Assembly: GCF_001186125.1 (NCBI RefSeq)
Contig: NW_014040510.1
Coordinates: 1 to 53,537 of the forward strand
DNA length: 53,537 nt
Direction: 5' to 3'
From: Sphaeroforma arctica JP610
Lineage: Eukaryota
Part shown: positions 26,430 through 38,535 of the stretch, in pieces
How positions within the stretch are numbered: the stretch's first letter is position 1
Layout: each line of letters starts with the position of its first letter
Program-made: the position numbers and the translations under genes
The notes under the pieces: model-generated
What the model was told of the DNA's origin: nothing
Seen by the model: the letters and a program-made list of their open reading frames with translations, nothing else
Database searches by the model: none

Positions 26430-28390
26430 GCTTTATTCAACATCAAACTACGTCTAAATCGTTATCACTCTCGTGTGAAACATAAGAATCTATTCCATCC
26501 AATGATATATCCAAATCCATTGGGTCTTCACCCTGTTCTGGTTTTGTCATTCACCAATCTGTGATTGGTGCATCTAAGTTCACCATTCTACGTGCCACCT
26601 GCGCTTCATAGTGAGCTATATCTATCCCTGACAATGTTTTTTTCTGACCCCAAAACCAACATAGTTGCGCAACTCCTCCATATTGCGTTCGATTGATAGT
26701 AGTTCTCTTCCGTGCTATATTACGATCTGCCCGTGACCGTTCCTCACTAAACGCATATTGACCAATATGTTTCTATCTAGGTTTGCATACGCATATGCCG
26801 AGTTTCTCCAACTCGTAACGATCTGTCAAACTTCACCGTTGGAAATGATTTGTAATCGCTATAATACACAAATTGTGCCTCCACGTCACAGCCCGCCACT
26901 CTGTAGTATCCACATTATTGTTCAAATGAAGTGCAATACGATTACGCTCAAGCGTGTATTTGGCTGTCCGATGTCTATGTTTGAATACATAACTTGTGGC
27001 TATGACGAATGTGATATGCTACTTTGCTGTATCCCCAGCAACGTTGAATTGACACTTCCATACGCCCCGGGCTGCTATGTGACTTTCGAAAAATACAAAT
27101 AAATACTATAAATTGATGCCATGTCGATGACATACTATTCTTTCCTCCGATCGTAATAGGCGCATCATTACCTGACTCCTCCTTCCTATCAACTAGTGCA
27201 CAGTCCTCGAGAATACCAATCTGTATACATTTCTGTCGCATTTTCTGATTCCACATAGACATGTAGCCGAGTCCGTTGTTTTTGTTTAGCCATTCGAATA
27301 AAGCACGAAGTATTTGTAGATTCTGTTGACCAATTTTCTCCTTGCAGAAACGATCATCCTTCAGCCTCTCTATTCATTTGATCATACTATCAGGAGCTAT
27401 TCAAGTAGCGTATGAAACGACAGGTGCCGTTTCAGGTGTTGTTGCTTTAGTTCCATACGGGTTTAGGATCGGGCTGATTGTGTTTAATTGCTCATTTGAT
27501 AGATGTACACCAGAATTCTTGAGTTGTTCGCTCAGTGCAGCTTTAATAGAGATTAAATGTTCGAGTTCGCCATGTGATTTGCGTTGTGATGATGTTCTGG
27601 TATTCTCATTGTTCGTGTAAGGTAAAAATCTAGGCCATTCTTTTGGTATCAAACGATCTGTTCGTGTAAGGTACAAATCTAGGCCATTCTTTTGGTATCA
27701 AACGATCACGTTTGAATGTCTGATTGTTGAACTGTTTCCACTTTCCTAGAAAGTGATGCCTATATACACATACTAGTGCCCTCGGTTTCTTTGCACAAGC
27801 AGAGCCTTTATTCGCTTATTAAAAACCCTGCTATTTATCCTTAACAAGTATTCTAACCCATTGAAGCACGCATGCTTCATCTGATGGAAGATACAAGCCA
27901 TCAGTGCATTCGATACTTTCATTGCAAACTTAAGTACCAAATACCAATACGGGGACTCTCTTGAGAGCAAAGTCCTTATCCCACTGGCACTCTCTAAAAG
28001 GAAGCGTTCGAAATAAGTTCGTGTGTAGGTGCAAATTTCTACCGCCGTTCGTGAAATGTAGATTCTTTAGTTTGAAGTGTTTGGCGTTCACAAAGTGCTG
28101 TTTGTTCGACCTACTACATTCATCTTATTTGAACTTACTAGTATCTAATCCTCAGTAAGATGAGGATTAATATCTCCTAACCACTGGCGTACATGCAATG
28201 TCTCACTTTCAACGTTGCCATATCACATATCACCTTTCGGTAGAAATATCTTGCGAAAGAACCCCTTTAGACAATCGCGTACACCACAGTCACATCATTT
28301 CTGTACGAACCCTCGTTTCAACGTTCTTCCTCCTATCTGTCTCTTCGCCCTATGGACTACCACACCAGGTAAAACCATCCTTACAAATGG
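26430..28390 (-). pseudogene. Decayed DDE_Tnp_4 (Harbinger/ISL2EU-type) transposase
   Basis: Ordered minus-strand fragments: THAP-like VCVYRHHF (about 27760), VDTTE (26913-26899), YYSDYKSFPTVKF (26866-26828), QYAFSEE..RNIARKR..IERNMEELRNY (26693-26661), VNLDAPI (26583-26563). Stops, frameshifts and internal deletions present; ends approximate. Confidence 0.6.
27610..27707 (+). repeat. 49-bp tandem duplication
   Basis: tgttcgtgtaaggta(a/c)aaatctaggccattcttttggtatcaaacgatc twice. Confidence 0.92.
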
Positions 28391-28621
28391 CGGCAGTATG
28401 CACTGAAAGCTCTGTATGTACATACATATATACATATTCCGTTGAATTTTATATTCACAGTCAAGAATACTATCAAATTTTGGCGCGTGCTTCGCTATAG
28501 AATACTTGTTAATTCCGGGACGGCCCAGATTTTATCTAAAATTCAGTGGGTCAGATGCTCTTCATACTTTGCAGTAAGCTAGTTCGAAAATTAATCGGTT
28601 CTAGCAGTTCATCCCTAACAT

Positions 28622-28950
28622 TGTAGACAAAAGTGCCCTGGACAAAGATTTAGGACCGGACCAGAGGACCGGACCTAAGTGGATTATTTCAGGATCGGAC
28701 CAGGGAACCGGACCAGACAGTGGAATAGAGAACTTTGTGAGAAAGAAGGATGACTCATCGGGTGTCATCATAATTTAGTAACTGAGAGACCAGAACCAAA
28801 GACACATGCAGGTATTTTCACAATCACCCGTTGTTGGAGAAAATTTTGTCCCATGTAGAAACGTGATTAATAAATACAGAAGGCGCGCCGTTCACAACGG
28901 CACTTCTGACTGAGTTCACTTATTCAGACGTAACACTCTTTTACTAAGTG
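28622..28950 (+). mobile_element. LTR lacking its last approximately 20 bp, related to the LTR at 32405-32777
   Basis: Starts TGTAG; shares GGACC repeats, gtcatcataatttagtaac, aataaatacag and acggcacttctgactg..taacactcttt with the other LTRs. Confidence 0.88.
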
Positions 28951-31462
28951 CAATCTATGTATACTGTATTGTATTGAACCTTCGTTGAGTGCGCTGTACC
29001 CAAGCGCGGAGTGTGGAGTGCTTTGTCCGTCAAATAAATATAGCTATTCCTAGCTGGAGGCGCAACAGATAGACGTGCCTTATCTACGGATGCCTGATTG
29101 ATGACTGAACGGTTTGAATCCGTGTCAACGAGGGTGCCCATATCATGGTCGTTCACTTGTAAAGTAATATATACAAGATTATCGGCAGGGAACAATTTAT
29201 CCTTTACTGCAAATATGTTGCAGTATGACCAAATGATATGCACATGTTCACGTCAGACACCCAAACATCTCAATCCGAAACTATCTCTTTTTTCCATCCT
29301 GATGGTCTTTGTTCGGCTTCTATCAACTCATCTTCACTCTGTACGTGTGACTCGAACCTCTGCTGGTGGTTTATCAGGCTACTGAATACCGTTCACTAGG
29401 TTAATATCACGAGAGCGGAAGTTATTACCCAACCCCTGTAGCGCACGCGTCGATGTGCCCGTGGCCGATGTATGTTGTATAGAAGCTTACCAGGTTGTGT
29501 ACGGTCACCCTTGTTGGTCTGGGGTGAACAGCGGTTTGCATGCCCTGGTCCCGAAGGGAGGCCTTCCCGGTTTTATGATAAATTAGGCGAATGACTGAAC
29601 CATCCAAACTATTCACCTAATCTGTATACTACAGTGTATTTGCATCAGCACGCAAGTACATGAACGCAAAATACGTCACACATCTGCTCAGATGAGTAGT
29701 CTAGCCAATGTGGATGCATACGAAGAGTATCGCGGTAGTATGTTCCTCCCACAGCTTGACGTGTAAGATTAATCACATCATGATTACGATACTCCTGTAA
29801 AGTATTTTCATACTGTCGCATTTCCATGAATTCTACTTTGCGTTCAAAATCACAAATCTGTGTATCAAGCGATGATACCAAAGGTCTCAACTTCATACAC
29901 GCTAACACCAGTCTGTATGCGTTATCCTCCAAGTTCTGCTCTTCTGTGCATAAAACGAGAGCAGTGGCTTCACCAAAGAACTGCCAATTTTGCTCGTTCT
30001 CCACGATAGGTCCCTAAAAGAACCGGGTCTGACTTGTAAAACTACACACTCTTATGCCAGTCTAGAAAATTTTCATGCACCTGTATCTACTGCGGAGTAT
30101 CCGAATAATAGCTGTCCTGTGGATTATAGGCGGCCAATATATTTATTTATTTTGGGTGTTCGTTTGTCGAACGTCACTGAGAAAAGCATATTTTCAGTCC
30201 TATTAGATGCTCGAATTAGACTATGTATCGCACGCGCATCTTCTGTGCGTCCCTCTACTTCTGTGTGCATCATTAGTCGAATCAGATGGAAGGCTTGCAT
30301 CTATATCTTTGGTGCTGTAGACTCAGTGATACAAGTCTCTACAGGCTCTGATAGCTTACAGCGTAAGTAGTGATGGTAGCGATGTTCGTGATAAACAGAG
30401 AAGTGTTTGTGATATGTCAGCATATCAACAGGTCCATACGCAGCATCTTGACAATTCTTCTTCATCTCTTCCGGTGAACGTGGACGACTATGGCTTTGTA
30501 GCTTGTCACGAAATGGATTCGCTACTACCTGATCTTTATTAAGTGGTTGCCGTGGAGATTTCATCTCTCTGCGAAGTGCATCAAATGAACGCTTTGCTGA
30601 CGACAACAAATCATGCGGAATGTCCATTGCCAAGTGCAAATCCGCTGGGTTTAAATAGATACTGACAGAGTATTTCATCATGGTTTTCGATTCCTGAGTA
30701 TTACTAGGGCCACAAAGTTCTATCGGGATCCCATAAGGTGCCGGAATTTATTGTGCTCGATTTTGAGCGTATTTCAACGTACACTACCTGCGAGTATTGT
30801 GTACATTATCATGTTGTGCCACCTGATGTATAGGCTTCGTGCGGCAAATTATACGTTTCACTGGGCTGATTTGCTTCATCTCGTCACCCTCGCTGTTAGG
30901 CAATTGGTCAGTTGGTGTCGTTCATGCCTGCGTTGGGTATTGAGGTGCATAGAATACTTATCCTCAAAAGCCGTCTGAATCGTGCTATTGTCAGTAGTCG
31001 AGTTAACGTCCGCAGAGGAAATGTCACGAAGTTAGTGGAGTTTCCCCCGAATTAGCTGAATGATCTCCGTGGCTTCCTGTACATGCATTGTCAGCATTTG
31101 ATAAGTGGCCATCCTTGTGTATTAGCAATCCACTCATGCTGATATTTGGCCTTATTTGACATAGAAATCGAGTGTTGGGCTTCAAAAACTGAACAGACAA
31201 GTGAAACGTGGATTTCTGCCTTAACTTCATCCTTGGGTGTCGGATCCGTAGAAAAAGCTGTCTCCACCTTAGCGCAAATTAAAGGAAGTTAACGATGAAC
31301 TCCAAGCAGTCGTTTCCACAGCCTCTCACAAGCTTGCTTGCCCACCTCGGGTACCAGTGCAGTAGTAGGTTCCTTCATTACGGTAACCTAAGAAAAGTTT
31401 AACTTTGGTCACTTGAAATGTAGTCAAAACCGAGTAGCGCTTAGTAAAGAGTGTTAGGTCTG
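28951..31462 (-). mobile_element. Truncated, degenerate Gypsy remnant (LTR 3' tip, gag, protease) related to the 32.4-kb element
   Basis: Minus-strand fragments LNPADLHLAM, KRSFDALRREMKSP, CITESTA, DFERKVEFMEMRQYEN, YRDTLRMHP and VYITLQVN..LVDTDSNRS parallel the plus-strand gag/protease at 33.6-35.3 kb; LTR end (..ttttgactaca) at 31462-31419. Confidence 0.88.
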
Positions 31463-32404
31463 TAGTTCTTAGTCGTATTTGCTAATGTTAAATTATCCTA
31501 AGTTCTACTTGCTAAGATTTAAAATATTCTTGAAGAAACATGCACGTAAAGAGGGATGTCTTGATCTGCGGAAGGAAACAACACACCTGCACTTAACAGC
31601 CTATATCACGGACTACACAACGTGTGGCTGAAATGACTGAACAATTGAAACCGTACGAGGCGGGGACATAAGCAAGTCTCACTGGTACCACGGAACACTC
31701 CCACTTTTCTCACCTTGAAGCATGCTCTGCCCACACACCAGAGGGATAAGGACCAAAGACTCGGTTGTAGAGCCACCATTGAGATGCGTTTTTCTAAGCC
31801 AAGTTGAGATCAACCGAGAGCAGCGGTCAAGACTGGCTCGAGAACTCCCGTCATAATATAATTTTACCCGACAATACAATATGCTTATACCTCTGAAGAA
31901 AGCACAATAGGTCTAATATGTGCTCTGACAGCCCTGTATTTATGTGTCCCCAATTTTCTACAGTGGTTTGGAAGAAGAAGAAAAAGGTATAAAAGAAACC
32001 GAAAACAACAAATAACTATTGATAGAGTTCGAAAACAGGTACTCTCTGGACTAAATATTTTGTGCACCACATCCTCGAAACAACACAAATGCGCACGTGT
32101 CAAAGGATTGAGCACTCATACTATCAGCTCAGATATACACTCAGAAGTGAAACCACAGACAGAAAGAAATATCACGCTTGATAAATCGAACAAGGATAAA
32201 CCGTTTGACACGCCCAAGCTACAACAGAAAATGTCGAATGGGAGGCAAACAATGATGTTCAAATTTAGGGCCGTTCTAAGCCTGAAAAAGAAGGTCTACT
32301 ATAGGATTTTCTGAGTACTTATCAGTATTACGATTTCTTGGAAATCGATTTTCCAACAATAAAGCGATGCCATACACATGCACAAATACGCTATGTGAGA
32401 CAGA

Positions 32405-32777
32405 TGTGGACAAAGTACTCTGGACGGTAAGGATCAGAGGGCCCAACCTACAAGTGTAATTTTAGGACCGGACCAGAGGACAGGACCTAAGTAGAATATT
32501 TCAGGACCGTACTCAGAGGGACCGGACCTAATATTAAGACAAAGAATTTTGTATGAAAGATTGATGACTCAAGAGGTGTCATCATAATTTAGTAACCAAA
32601 GACAAAACATAGATAGGGGTATTTTTCATAATTGCCTGTTGTTAGAGAAAATCTCGTTCCACACAGGAACGTGATAATAAATACAGCAGACGCGCCGATC
32701 ATAAACGGCACTTCTGACTGGGTTCGCTTATTTCAGACTTAACACTCTTTATTAAGTGTTACTTGCTTTTGACCACA
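32405..32777 (+). repeat. 5' LTR (373 bp)
   Basis: TGTGG...CCACA termini; contains AATAAA; matches 40224-40451 and 28622-28950. Confidence 0.92.
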
Positions 32778-32917
32778 TTTTTAAGCGACCGAACTACTGA
32801 ATTTATTATACTACGTTCTTTAAAGGTTAAAGTAACTAAAAAGCAAATCAGTTTACTTTTAGTATTTTTTTTTTCTTCACAACGATGACGGGACACGAGA
32901 CTAGACCGTAGCCTACG

Positions 32918-35078
32918 GTGGGTAAGCAAGCCTGTGACCAGCTTCTGAAACGGTTGCTTGGAACGATTCGCCATTTAACCGAGCTATGCGATAAGGTGGA
33001 TACAGCACGTGCCAAGCAACCTGCACCCGAAGACGACGAGAAGGTGGGAATCCATTTGGAATTGACTCATTTGCTTTTGGAGGCCCAGTACTCAATCCGA
33101 ACCTTGGGTAGGCTTAGCCGAGCCCAAGCATGGATTGCGGATCAAGCAGGGTACCTAAATATGTTGATGCATTTGAAGGGAGCAAAGGAAAAGAGTCGCC
33201 TCATTCAAGAGCAACTCCGCCAACTCTGTCAATTGTCACTAGCAGATATTGACATGTATATGCCCCAGGACACGGCCCAGGCGAAAGTGAATGATGAATT
33301 TTCTGCGACTGAGGTCAAATCGGTTCCTCAATACCCAACACAAGCAGAGCTACCACCAACCGACCAGTCCCCTGACATCGGGGCTATCAAAAGGAAGAAA
33401 ATTAGCCAAGTAAAGCGCAGGATTGGCCGCACGAAGCCCGTACCTCAAGTGGCTCCTTACGAGAATGTCCATGTTACGCGCAGAGAGCGATTGCTGAAGA
33501 ACGCTCAAAATCGAGCCCAGACGATTCCGACTCCTGATGAGATGCCGGCTGATGGTCTGGATTGGTATCAGGAATCGACCACTTTGGTGAAATCACCTGG
33601 TAGAATTTTTTGGACCCAGCGGACTTACATTTGGATATGGCCACCCCTCAAAATTGGTCATCGACGGCGAAGCGGTCCTTTGAGGCATTTCGCAGAGTGA
33701 TGAAATCTCCACACCAACAGCCTATCAAGCGAATTTATTCAGGGACAAATTACAATAGCATCGTCGTCCGCAATCTTCAGAAGAAAGGAAGGAGAACTGC
33801 CAGGATAATGCAAATGTTCCTATCGATACGCTGGCATACTTTCCTGTTCACCACGATCGTTACCTAGAAGACCCGCAGGATGTGAAACGATGTAAGATAT
33901 CACCGCCTACGGAGGCGTGTATTACTGAATCTACCGCGGCAGAGATGAAAACACAGGTATTCCTTCTCACCCAACGTATGATGCAAGCAGAAGCTGAAGG
34001 ACTCACTGAGGACATTCGTTCGTTGCAGGGCTTAATTCGCACATCCAACGAGACGCTGAAGACTTGCTCAAAAACGGTAGAAAAACGGACATCCAAGAAA
34101 TGGCCACCTAATCCACAGGGCAGCTATTATTTGGATAATCCGCAGAAGAAACAGTTTCATGCGTTTATTTTGGATTGGCATAAAAATGTGAAATTTCGCA
34201 AATTAGACCCGACTCATATGCCGATGGGCCTACATAGGGCACTACAGAAAGAAAGAGCGCCCAAGGCGCTTTTGGATTTTATTGTGGAGAACGAATTAAA
34301 ATTGCATTCCATGTCGTTTCTGGACGCCACTGCTTATATTGTACGCACACACGAACAAGATATGGAGGACAACGTATACAGAAATGTATTGGTTTGTATG
34401 AAGTTAAACCCTTTGGTTCCACTAGAGACACAACTTCGGGATTTTGAACGCAAAGTAAACTTTATGAAGATGCGACAGTATGAGAACCCACTACATGTAT
34501 ACCGCAACCATGGTATGCTCAACCTAATCAATCAAGCTGTGAGGGGTGCATATCACCGTGATACTCTTCGTATGCACCCTAATAGGCGAGAATATTCCGC
34601 GGCACAAATGCGTGATGTATTTCGGGTGAGTATTGATAAGGCGGAAGAACACCGTCGGGCAAGCCTTCCCGACCACTGTAAATCCCCGGGGGTTCACGTT
34701 CACGCACACTGAACGCGTGTGGAGGCCAACACACGAGCTAATCCGCATGCGCCGCCAGCATCGAATCCTAAGGCCCGATGTCGGTCATGTGAGCAGAATC
34801 TCCCTCCTGGCCCAGTACACGCACCACGTTGCCTTAAGTTACTGCGAGCACCGAACGGAAACGAACACGGGCAGCCATACGCAACGTGGGGGTGCGCCAC
34901 CATACCGTTCATCGGCTGGGGCAACATCCACGCGCACACGACGTCAGATGAAGTAGGAGAGAGTGAGGTGATGAATATTCATGATTTGGTCGACGAGTCG
35001 TATGTCGACAGTGAAGATGAGTTGATGGAGGCTGCGCAAGGGCCAGCCGATAGGGAAGATGAGCCAAGCTCAAATTGA
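32918..35078 (+). pseudogene. gag-like ORF broken by frameshifts
   Basis: Overlapping ORF pieces 32918-33700, 33610-33867, 33882-34712, 34719-35078 between LTR and protease; Cys/His knuckle-like CRSC...H..RC near 34780-34835. Confidence 0.75.
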
Positions 35079-35169
35079 GATGTTGGGGTGTCTGAGTTAA
35101 ACGTGTGCGTGACGTTGGGTCGAACGGCAACACGAATATTTGCAGTAAAAGATAGTTCCCTGCTGACAA

Positions 35170-36900
35170 CCGTGTATATATAACGTTACAAGTCAACGGA
35201 CATGCGATGAACACACTCATTGATACGGGGGCGAACCGCTCCGATATTACTCAGACATCCGCAGCAAAGGCGCACCTGTCTATTACACCACCAGCTAAGG
35301 ACAGTTACATATACTTGGCAGACAAAGCTTTTCGCACTCCGCGCCTGGGCAAGACACATGCCACGACGGTTTAATATGGTACAAAGTCTGCTACAGGTTG
35401 TACGTTTGAACTTATGAATTTACCCGATAATATTGATGTAATTCTGGGAATGGATTTTATGGGCGTCGACATTCGCATGGCACCAGACTTGTCCGAGCCT
35501 GAGGATATACGGCAACGACTACGCCAGTACTTAGATGCCAACGAGACCATTTTGGATGCGGCTCGATGTACTTTACCAGGCAGCGAATTATCCCTCCCCA
35601 TACCTCGCGATAAACTTTTGGGCCTTCGACGACAAACACGGAACTTTGTGTCAGACAAGTACAAACCACACGTCACGCAACAGATACATAAATGGGAACA
35701 TGTATTGATGACTAAACGTCGTACGTCGGCGTCAGTGGTCAACCTGCTATTACTAGCAGTACCATCATTTACACCATCAGGGGAACTCATTAAGCTTCGG
35801 GTGTGTTTGGATTTGCGACAGATCAACGCCTTTATTCCGGGCGACCAGTTTACGTTACCGAAGGTCAATGAGATTATTAGTAACTTAAGAGGCAAGCGGT
35901 ATTATACCACATTAGATTTATCGGCTGCATATCATCGCCTTCCCGTACACGAAGACTCACAACATATGTTCTCGTTTACTTGGGACAGTCACCAATACTT
36001 CTTCACTTCGGCCCCATTCGGATTGTCGACACTCACGTCTCAATTCCAGCGCACAATCAGTAATCTGATGGCGGGTTTAGACGTGCAGTGCTACGTCGAT
36101 GACCTTATAATTGCATCTGATAACTACGAGAAACATATTGCAACTGTGGAAGAGGTCATCCGACGGCTTACCGAGAACAGCTTCAGGCTTAACCAGAAGA
36201 AGCATCACTTTGCAGTAAGCGAGGTTATGGTCCTGGGGAAGAAGATTTCTGCGAAAGGAATTAACGTTGATCATGATAAACAACAACGGCTGATCGACTG
36301 GCCAGTGCCGCGATGCCAAAGGGACATAGCATCTGCATTGGGGTTGGCGAACTTTCTACATGAGCACTTACCTAACTTTGCACATAAAGTGGCCCCACAA
36401 CGATTGTTCTCGAAACTCAAGCCGAAGGAACCGATTGGGGATCGTTGGAAACCAGAACATCAATAGGCATGGATCAGATGAAGGAAGCAATCATATCTAC
36501 GGTACGGTTAAATTTTCCGGTTGACGGGGTTCCACTCGAATTAGAGACTGATGCAAGTGATTATGGTATCGGCGGTGCATTATTTCAGTTAATTGGCGGC
36601 CACAAGCACTACCTGATGTTCTTTTTAACGACTCTCAACAAGGCGCAGCAGATATACGCGACACCAATGAAGGAATTGTTAGCGCGCACATATGCATTGG
36701 TCCACTTCAATGATCATTTAATATGCCAGCGCTTCACTGTGCACACGGACCACAGAGTGCTGATTTACATGAACACACAACTGAAATTGAACAGCATGCT
36801 GCAACGATGGCATCACATCATTGCGCAATTCAACTTCGTGATAACACATGTCCCAGGTGAACTGAATGAATTGCCAGACATGTGGAACCGGGTTCATGAG
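35170..36900 (+). pseudogene. pol: aspartic protease, reverse transcriptase and RNase H (frameshifted)
   Basis: Protease LIDTGANRS..VILGMDF; RT LRVCLDLRQIN, LDLSAAYHRL, APFGL, YVDD; RNase H ETDASDYGIGGALFQ, KELLA, TDH, HVPGELN. Confidence 0.93.
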
Positions 36901-36944
36901 GCACGGCGGATATCAACTTTCCTGCTATCTTCTACACATCGTGC

Positions 36945-37337
36945 TGGAAGTTGTATCCCGATTTCTTTGATCAGGTTTAAAAACACTTTGGACCTAAAGA
37001 CGTTGACGCCTTTGCATCAAGCCACAATGCTCAGCTACGACAATACTGGTCATACGATAAAGACGGAGGCGCTTTTAAATTTGACTGGAGTAAGTACAGT
37101 GCGTGGATGAATCCACCATGGCGCCTTATACACAAGGTAATTTGTAAAGTATTGTCGGACAAGGCGTCCGCGACAGTGTGTCTCCCGTTGAACACACGGG
37201 CGCCATGGTTCCCTCTGCTTCTATCGATGATGCAAGCAGATCCATTGCTGATCCCGCGTACAGCCCATACGTTCTTGAAGCATGGCACACAGGCATGTGG
37301 TAAGTATCCATGGGAACATACGGTGGTAGTGCGTATT
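36945..37337 (+). pseudogene. Dam-like N6-adenine DNA methyltransferase domain within pol
   Basis: One frame reads WKLYPDFFDQV*KHFGPKDVDAFASSHNAQLRQYWS..AFKFDWSKYSAWMNPPWRLIHKVICKV..TVCLP...PWFPLL; DAFAS at 37005-37019, NPPW at 37110-37121; premature TAA at 36978-36980. Confidence 0.88.
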
Positions 37338-38042
37338 GGCCCTCCATCGGGTTATAAAGTTTTTCCATCATTTTGGCGTAACTTGGGTCTCGAAGTACCT
37401 GTGTGTGAGGAAACTAATGATCGTTATCAAGAGACATGGGCGCAACTAGCCATGACCAGACGTACACGCCAGATTGCGGAACAGGTGCCTGAAATTTGTG
37501 CGGGGGCGACGGTGCTCAATCATCCTGGACACGAAGAAGCTAATCGCCGGGTACAACTTACTTGGCAATTTCATGAACAAGGACATCCTGCTCCAGCGGT
37601 CACAGTGCAACAGATGCGAGACGATGGACAGAATTGGGACCAAATGCTTCCAAAAACGGAAGAGATCCGGAAATATGACACACATTTGTATTGGCCCTCC
37701 ATCGGGTTATAAAGTTTTTCCATCATTTTGGCGTAACTTGGGTCTCGAAGTACCTGTGTGTGAGGAAGCTAATGATTGTTATCAAGAGACATGGGCGCAA
37801 CTAGCCATGACCAGACGTACATGCCAGATTGCGGAACAGGTGCCTGAAATTTGTGCGGGGGCGACGATGCTCAATCATCCTGGGCACGAAGAAGCTAATC
37901 GCCGGGTACAACTTACTTGGCAATTTCATGAACAAGGACATCCTGCTCCAGCGGTCACAGTGCAACAGATGCGAGACGATGGACAGAATTGGGACCAAAT
38001 GCTTCCAATAACGGAAGAGGTCCGGAGATATGTCGCACATTT
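37333..38042 (+). repeat. 355-bp tandem duplication of the MTase-integrase linker and the integrase His-His zinc-binding region
   Basis: Copies 37333-37687 and 37688-38042 are nearly identical; both encode FHEQGHPAPAVTVQQMRDDGQNWDQM. Confidence 0.95.
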
Positions 38043-38089
38043 TTAGGTAATGACACTATGAAGAAGAAATTTAATCCTTTAATGAGTAT

Positions 38090-38535
38090 TACGGCACGTA
38101 ATTCATGGGATCACATTCAAATGGATCTCATTCTGATGACAGTAACATCTACTAAAGGCAACAAGTTTATTCTACATGTCTGGATGTGGCATCCGGATAC
38201 TCTATTATACGGGCGCTGCCTGTAAAAGATGCTAAGACGGTGGCGACAGAGTTAGTATTGGTATTTGGTGAGCATGGCTTTCCTCGGAAAATTCAGAGTG
38301 ATGAGGGGACTGAATTTGTCAACAACATTGTCAGTTCTATAACACGAGCACTCGGAATTATACACAAGACATCTCAGCCATATCGTCCTCAAACATTGGG
38401 TGCGGCAGAGCGCCGACACAAAGAAATTCAGAAATGTGTGCGCGCGCTTTGTGTTGGCTGTCCGGAATTGTGGGATGAACGCCTACCTTTTACTATGCTT
38501 TACCAGAACCTCCGGATATCACGTCGACACAAGTC
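38090..38535 (+). pseudogene. DDE (rve) integrase core, 3'-truncated
   Basis: WDHIQMDLI, GFPRKIQSDEGTEFVN, PYRPQTLGAAERRHK, WDERLP. Confidence 0.93.

Noticed and set aside
28648..28716. CRISPR-like short repeats
   Set aside because: Irregular 5-10 bp units inside an LTR, no spacers or cas genes, eukaryotic context.
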